Origin: a virus
Taxonomy: Duplodnaviria; Caudoviricetes
Length of the DNA stretch: 58,881 bases
Virus record (IMG/VR): IMGVR_UViG_3300036767_001238
Span: 1 to 58,881 of that record
Reading direction: 5' to 3' (one strand)
Shown here: positions 54,946 to 58,881 of the stretch, in pieces
How positions within the stretch are numbered: position 1 is the first letter of the stretch
How the letters are laid out: the number at the start of each line of letters is the position of its first letter
The notes under the pieces: generated by a model
The model's database searches: none
Told to the model about the DNA's origin: nothing
What the model saw: only the letters and a program-made list of their open reading frames with translations
Position numbers and translations under genes: made by a program

Positions 54946-55016
54946 TTATCTGTTTGACTGTCCACTTTCAACAGAATAGATATCCAATTTAGTCCACAAC
55001 CCGGCTGGGGATAACC

Positions 55017-55691
55017 ATGATCGTCACCAACATCGCACAGCGCCTGAAGGCCCGCGCGTTCCAGCTCGACATGACGCCCGCGGCTGTGGCCGAGGCTTCA
55101 GGTCTGAACCGTTCCTTCATCTACGACATCATCCGCGGTAAGTCTGTGCGGCCGAGCCGTGCCAAGCTGCAGAAGGTTGCAGACGTCTTGAAGGTCGATG
55201 TTGACTGGCTGATCGACGGTGATGGGACGATAGAGGGCGAAGCCCCTAAGATCTATTCTCCGGACACGACCTTCGTCGGCATTTCCGGCGTCAAGGCAAA
55301 GGCTTCTGGGGGTGGCGGCACAATCGTGCATGCCGAGGACGAGCAAGCCAGCAAGCTCTATCATTTTAGGCTGTCCTGGATTGAAGATGAGTTGGAGGCC
55401 AACCCGAAAAACCTGAGGATCCTGCGCGTCACTGGGGACAGCATGGTGCCCACATTGAATGAGGGCGACACAATCCTGGTCGATATGGGGCGCAAGTCAC
55501 CCTATCCGCCAGGGCTTTTCGTATTGCATGACGGCATGGGGCTGATGGCCAAACGGATCGAGCACATTCCGTCCAGCGACCCACCACGCATTCGCGTCAC
55601 TTCCGACAATCCCAACTACTCGCCCTATGACTGCCTTCTCGATGAGGTCAACATCGTTGGGCGGATTCGCTGGTACGGCCGCCGGGTCTAA
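55017..55691 (+). CDS. CI-like repressor (HTH and S24 peptidase)
   Basis: N-terminal HTH; VTGDSM.PTL..GD, KR, SDNP.Y. Confidence 0.93.
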   Translation: MIVTNIAQRLKARAFQLDMTPAAVAEASGLNRSFIYDIIRGKSVRPSRAKLQKVADVLKVDVDWLIDGDGTIEGEAPKIYSPDTTFVGISGVKAKASGGGGTIVHAEDEQASKLYHFRLSWIEDELEANPKNLRILRVTGDSMVPTLNEGDTILVDMGRKSPYPPGLFVLHDGMGLMAKRIEHIPSSDPPRIRVTSDNPNYSPYDCLLDEVNIVGRIRWYGRRV

Positions 55692-55807
55692 TCCGAGCCG
55701 CCGACATGCGGCGCCACAAACCGACATAAGCCGACAAGCTATTGTTTTTGCTTGAATAAGTGAGAAGAGGACGGTTCTCTCAGCGTACAAATCTAAGAGA
55801 ACCCAAA

Positions 55808-56035
55808 ATGTACGACGATATCTTCGCGCCGCTGACTGCGGCCAATGCTTTGCATCCAACGAAAATGACGCCACGCGAGCGGCGTGCTGAACTGTGCAAA
55901 ATCCTTGCAGTTGGATATTTGCGGATGCGCGCTCGAAAAGTCAGGCAACACACTGAAAATAAGAGAGAAAGTTCACTACACTTTCGCGCAAGACGGAGCG
56001 TTCATGCGGAACCAACTCACAAGGAGGTCCCATGA
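55808..56035 (+). CDS. Small hypothetical protein upstream of DUF2924
   Basis: P.KMT.RER.AEL..ILA.G.LR; ATGA overlap with the next gene. Confidence 0.6.
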   Translation: MYDDIFAPLTAANALHPTKMTPRERRAELCKILAVGYLRMRARKVRQHTENKRESSLHFRARRSVHAEPTHKEVP

Positions 56036-56484
56036 CCAAAGAAGATCCCGTCTACGCCCGCGTCGCAGCTCTCAGAATTAGGACGCCCACCGAATTGCGC
56101 GAAATCTGGCGCGACCTGATGGGGACAGAGCCACCACCCTTCACCCGGCGCTACCTTGAAACCCGTCTGAGCTATCGCATCCAGGAACTCGCCTATGGCG
56201 GCCTAAAACCAGAGACCCGCAAGCGGCTCGAGGAATTGGCCGAGAAATGGGACGGCGACAACTCCGCCAAAAGGCGGATTCGCCATGATCTCAAGCCCAT
56301 CGCAGGCACCCGCCTGATCCGTGAGTGGCAAGGTGAGGAATACGTCGTGACCGTCACCGCCGATGGCTACGAATGGCAAGGCCGCCCGTATCAATCCCTC
56401 TCCGCCATTGCTCGGGCCATCACCGGCACGCGCTGGAATGGCCCGGTGTTTTTCGGCCTCAACAATTACAGGAAGCGCAAATGA
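56032..56484 (+). CDS. DUF2924-domain protein
   Basis: YRIQELAYGGL, GTRLIREWQG, SLSAIARAITGTRWNG..FFGL. Confidence 0.92.
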   Translation: MTKEDPVYARVAALRIRTPTELREIWRDLMGTEPPPFTRRYLETRLSYRIQELAYGGLKPETRKRLEELAEKWDGDNSAKRRIRHDLKPIAGTRLIREWQGEEYVVTVTADGYEWQGRPYQSLSAIARAITGTRWNGPVFFGLNNYRKRK

Positions 56485-57797
56485 CAAAACCAGCACCCAG
56501 AAAGATGCGCTGCGCGGTCTATACGCGCAAATCCAGCGAGGAAGGGCTCGAGCAAGAGTTCAACTCGCTTCACGCCCAACGCGAAGCCTGCGAGGCCTAT
56601 ATCGCCAGTCAGCGTTCAGAGGGCTGGGTCGTCCTTCGTGACCACTACGATGACGGCGGCATCTCCGGCGGCACATTGGAGCGGCCCGGGTTAAAACAGC
56701 TGCTGGCCGATATCGAGGACGGCTTGGTCGATGTGGTCGTGGTCTACAAAATCGACCGCCTATCGCGCTCGCTGATGGACTTTTCCAAACTGGTCGAAGC
56801 CTTCGAGCGAAATAACGTGACCTTCGTCTCCGTGACGCAATCGTTCAACACCACGTCATCGATGGGACGATTGACGCTGAACATCCTGCTGTCCTTTGCC
56901 CAATTCGAGCGCGAGGTGACCGCCGAGCGCATCCGCGACAAGGTCGCGGCTTCGAAGAAGAAAGGCATGTGGATGGGCGGCGTCCCACCGTATGGCTACG
57001 TTTGTATCAACCGCCGGCTTGAGATCAACAACGCCCAAGCTGCAGATGTACGGTGGATCTTTGAGCGGTTCGTTAACTTGGGGTCAGCCTTACTTGTCGC
57101 GAAGGAAGCGGCCAAGCGCGGCCTAACGACCCCCAGGGGCAAGCCCATGGACAACAAATACCTTTATCGTATCCTCCGTAACCCGATCTATATCGGCAAG
57201 ATCGTGCACAAGGACGAGACCTATCCCGGCCTGCACAAACCCATCATCGACATGGAAACCTGGGAAAAGGCCCGCGCGATCAATAGTGAAAACCCGCGCA
57301 TTCGCGCCGCTAGCACCCGCAAACAGACCCCTTCACTGCTGGCGGGCCTCATACGTGGACCTGACGGCGCGATGTTTTCGCCGACCCACACCCGCAAGCG
57401 CAATCGGCTCTATCGGTACTATGTCAGCCAGACCATCTTGAAGCACGGTGCTGGCAGCTGTCCTGTGGGCCGCATCCCCGCCGGTGAAATCGAAGCCAAT
57501 GTAACCGCGCAGCTACGCGCAGTCTTCCGTCAACCTGAAATCGTGGCCGAGTCCTGGCGCAACGCTGCAGACGACAAGCGGGCCTGCAGCGAGCAGGATA
57601 TCCACGCGGCGCTCAAAAGCCTTGACCCGCTGTGGAGCGAACTCTTCCCAGCCGAACAAGCGCGCATTGCCTCGATCCTGATCGATCACATCGACGTCTC
57701 CGAAACAGACATGAAGGTGCACCTGCGTGTCGACGGCCTGTGCCACCTCGCCCAGGACCTGAAATCCAGAACTCTCCCCAGAAAGGACGCAGCATGA
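56481..57797 (+). CDS. Large serine recombinase (integrase)
   Basis: CAVYTRKSS catalytic motif, DRLSRS, FAQFERE, GG.PP.GY, NP.YIG. Confidence 0.95.
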   Translation: MTKPAPRKMRCAVYTRKSSEEGLEQEFNSLHAQREACEAYIASQRSEGWVVLRDHYDDGGISGGTLERPGLKQLLADIEDGLVDVVVVYKIDRLSRSLMDFSKLVEAFERNNVTFVSVTQSFNTTSSMGRLTLNILLSFAQFEREVTAERIRDKVAASKKKGMWMGGVPPYGYVCINRRLEINNAQAADVRWIFERFVNLGSALLVAKEAAKRGLTTPRGKPMDNKYLYRILRNPIYIGKIVHKDETYPGLHKPIIDMETWEKARAINSENPRIRAASTRKQTPSLLAGLIRGPDGAMFSPTHTRKRNRLYRYYVSQTILKHGAGSCPVGRIPAGEIEANVTAQLRAVFRQPEIVAESWRNAADDKRACSEQDIHAALKSLDPLWSELFPAEQARIASILIDHIDVSETDMKVHLRVDGLCHLAQDLKSRTLPRKDAA

Positions 57798-58189
57798 CGG
57801 ACAAAATCACCACAACCGAAACCATCACCCTGACTATTCCCTTCAAGCTTAAAAAGCGTGGAGGTCGCAAAGAGATGGTCCTGCCAGATTTTGCCACACC
57901 ACCTCCGAAACTGGACAACGCGCTGATAAAATCGCTCGCGCGGGCGCATCGCTGGAAACGGCTTGTTGATGAAGGGCATTTTGCGTCGATCAAAGACCTG
58001 GCTGAGCACGAGAAAATTCCAGCCTCCTACATGATCCGCACCATGCGACTAACGACCCTGGCGCCTGACATTGTCGAGGCGATCCTGAAAGGCCGAAACC
58101 CCAACAAAACCCTTCGTGAGTTGCTCGATCCCTTCACACCGATGTGGGCCGAGCAACGCTGGGAGTTCGGCTATCACGACATGCCATGA
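57794..58189 (+). CDS. Recombinase-associated hypothetical protein
   Basis: RGGRKE, LARAHRW, LAPDIVEAIL.G, W.EQ; ATGA overlap with the recombinase. Confidence 0.8.
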   Translation: MTDKITTTETITLTIPFKLKKRGGRKEMVLPDFATPPPKLDNALIKSLARAHRWKRLVDEGHFASIKDLAEHEKIPASYMIRTMRLTTLAPDIVEAILKGRNPNKTLRELLDPFTPMWAEQRWEFGYHDMP

Positions 58190-58325
58190 AACCGGGCGCC
58201 CGCGTGGACGTGCACCGTCAGGCGCCGTTCGTGGCCGGCTATAGGGAAGTTTCAAGCGGGATTGTCCGCGAAATGTGCGGAGATAGCCAAGGATATTCTC
58301 CGCATGCCCATGTGGCCTGTGCCAA

Positions 58326-58703
58326 TCATGGCAACCCATCGGGTCCGTACAGAAAGTCCTGACTGAAAGCAGCTCTGTCGCCAGCCGTGGCCTTTCGAGC
58401 CGCCGCTGCGCGAACTCGACGGATGACTTCGGCCTTGCCACTTACGTCGCCCAGCACAGCCAAGTCCAAAACCTGTACCGAAGCTGATGGGGAGGCGGCC
58501 ATGATCTGCGCCACAGCGGCCGTAAGGACTTGCTCCAAGTTGGGGCCATTGCGTGTGAAACTGAGCGCGATCACATCCGGACGGCCGCTCCCAACAATCG
58601 TGTCATCCAGCCCCGCTTGAAACAACGCGTCCAAGACATCCGCCTCGTCAGGCTCTCCACCCGGAAAACTGATCACAATCTCGAATTCAAACATCGGCTT
58701 CAT
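58326..58703 (-). CDS. Orphan antitoxin-like protein (HicB-like N-terminal domain with VapB-like tail)
   Basis: FEF...L..AG.DD..VG.G....IAL.FTR...A...I; ends DFLYGPDGLP. Confidence 0.55.
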   Translation of the reverse strand: MKPMFEFEIVISFPGGEPDEADVLDALFQAGLDDTIVGSGRPDVIALSFTRNGPNLEQVLTAAVAQIMAASPSASVQVLDLAVLGDVSGKAEVIRRVRAAAARKATAGDRAAFSQDFLYGPDGLP

Positions 58704-58881
58704 CTTTCGGGATGTGCCGCGTTTCCGGAAGGGATGTTGCCAGAGGCAGGTCAAAAGATTACGCAACCTGCTGTCTGGAAATTCGGATTTGGGCTGATCA
58801 GGCATCCTGGCATTCCCATTTGATATAGGCCTTTGTGTCGACGGCCCATTTTTCGTCGATCTCGACCAGCACGGCGCTGAC

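Larger units (their letters stand above)
59..58189. mobile_element. Temperate prophage: lambda-like head and cos packaging, P2-like contractile tail, serine-recombinase integration module; exact ends not resolved
   Basis: Contiguous, ordered modules for integration, repression, replication, packaging, head, tail, lysis and receptor binding. Confidence 0.95.

Noticed and set aside
58190-58330. attL/attR site
   Set aside because: No matching direct repeat found near the other end; serine-recombinase cores are too short to call by eye and the left end may be outside the window
1-58881. tRNA, rRNA or IS elements
   Set aside because: No cloverleaf, rRNA-like sequence or transposase motif recognised by eye; tRNAscan and ISEScan were not run

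Overview
Nearly the whole window is one temperate prophage, probably from a Rhodobacterales or other alphaproteobacterial host (inferred from GTTC-N7-GTTC SOS boxes and gene content). Most genes are on the minus strand. From right to left it holds: an integration module (DUF2924 plus large serine recombinase); a CI-like repressor with a divergent SOS-boxed gene; early recombination and replication genes (Sak4-like ATPase, SSB-like protein, Cas4-like nuclease, RecD/Dda helicase, primase-VapE helicase) followed by a 9-bp iteron array; RuvC-like and DUF6362 genes; a lambda-like cos site; a ParB-DNA methyltransferase; moron cargo (VanZ, WecA/MraY-family transferase, small plus-strand genes); lambda-type terminase, portal, protease and capsid genes; a P2-type contractile tail; a lysis cassette; and a large receptor-binding module placed after lysis. 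The accessory content is dominated by toxin-antitoxin genes. There are four complete pairs (RES-Xre, YoeB-YefM, VapBC, Doc-AbrB) and up to five orphan antitoxin-like genes that appear to keep the toxin-binding part while lacking or degrading the DNA-binding part. This candidate 'antitoxin decoy' set is the most novel-looking signal. All family calls come from motifs recognised by eye, with no database searches, and att sites were not found.
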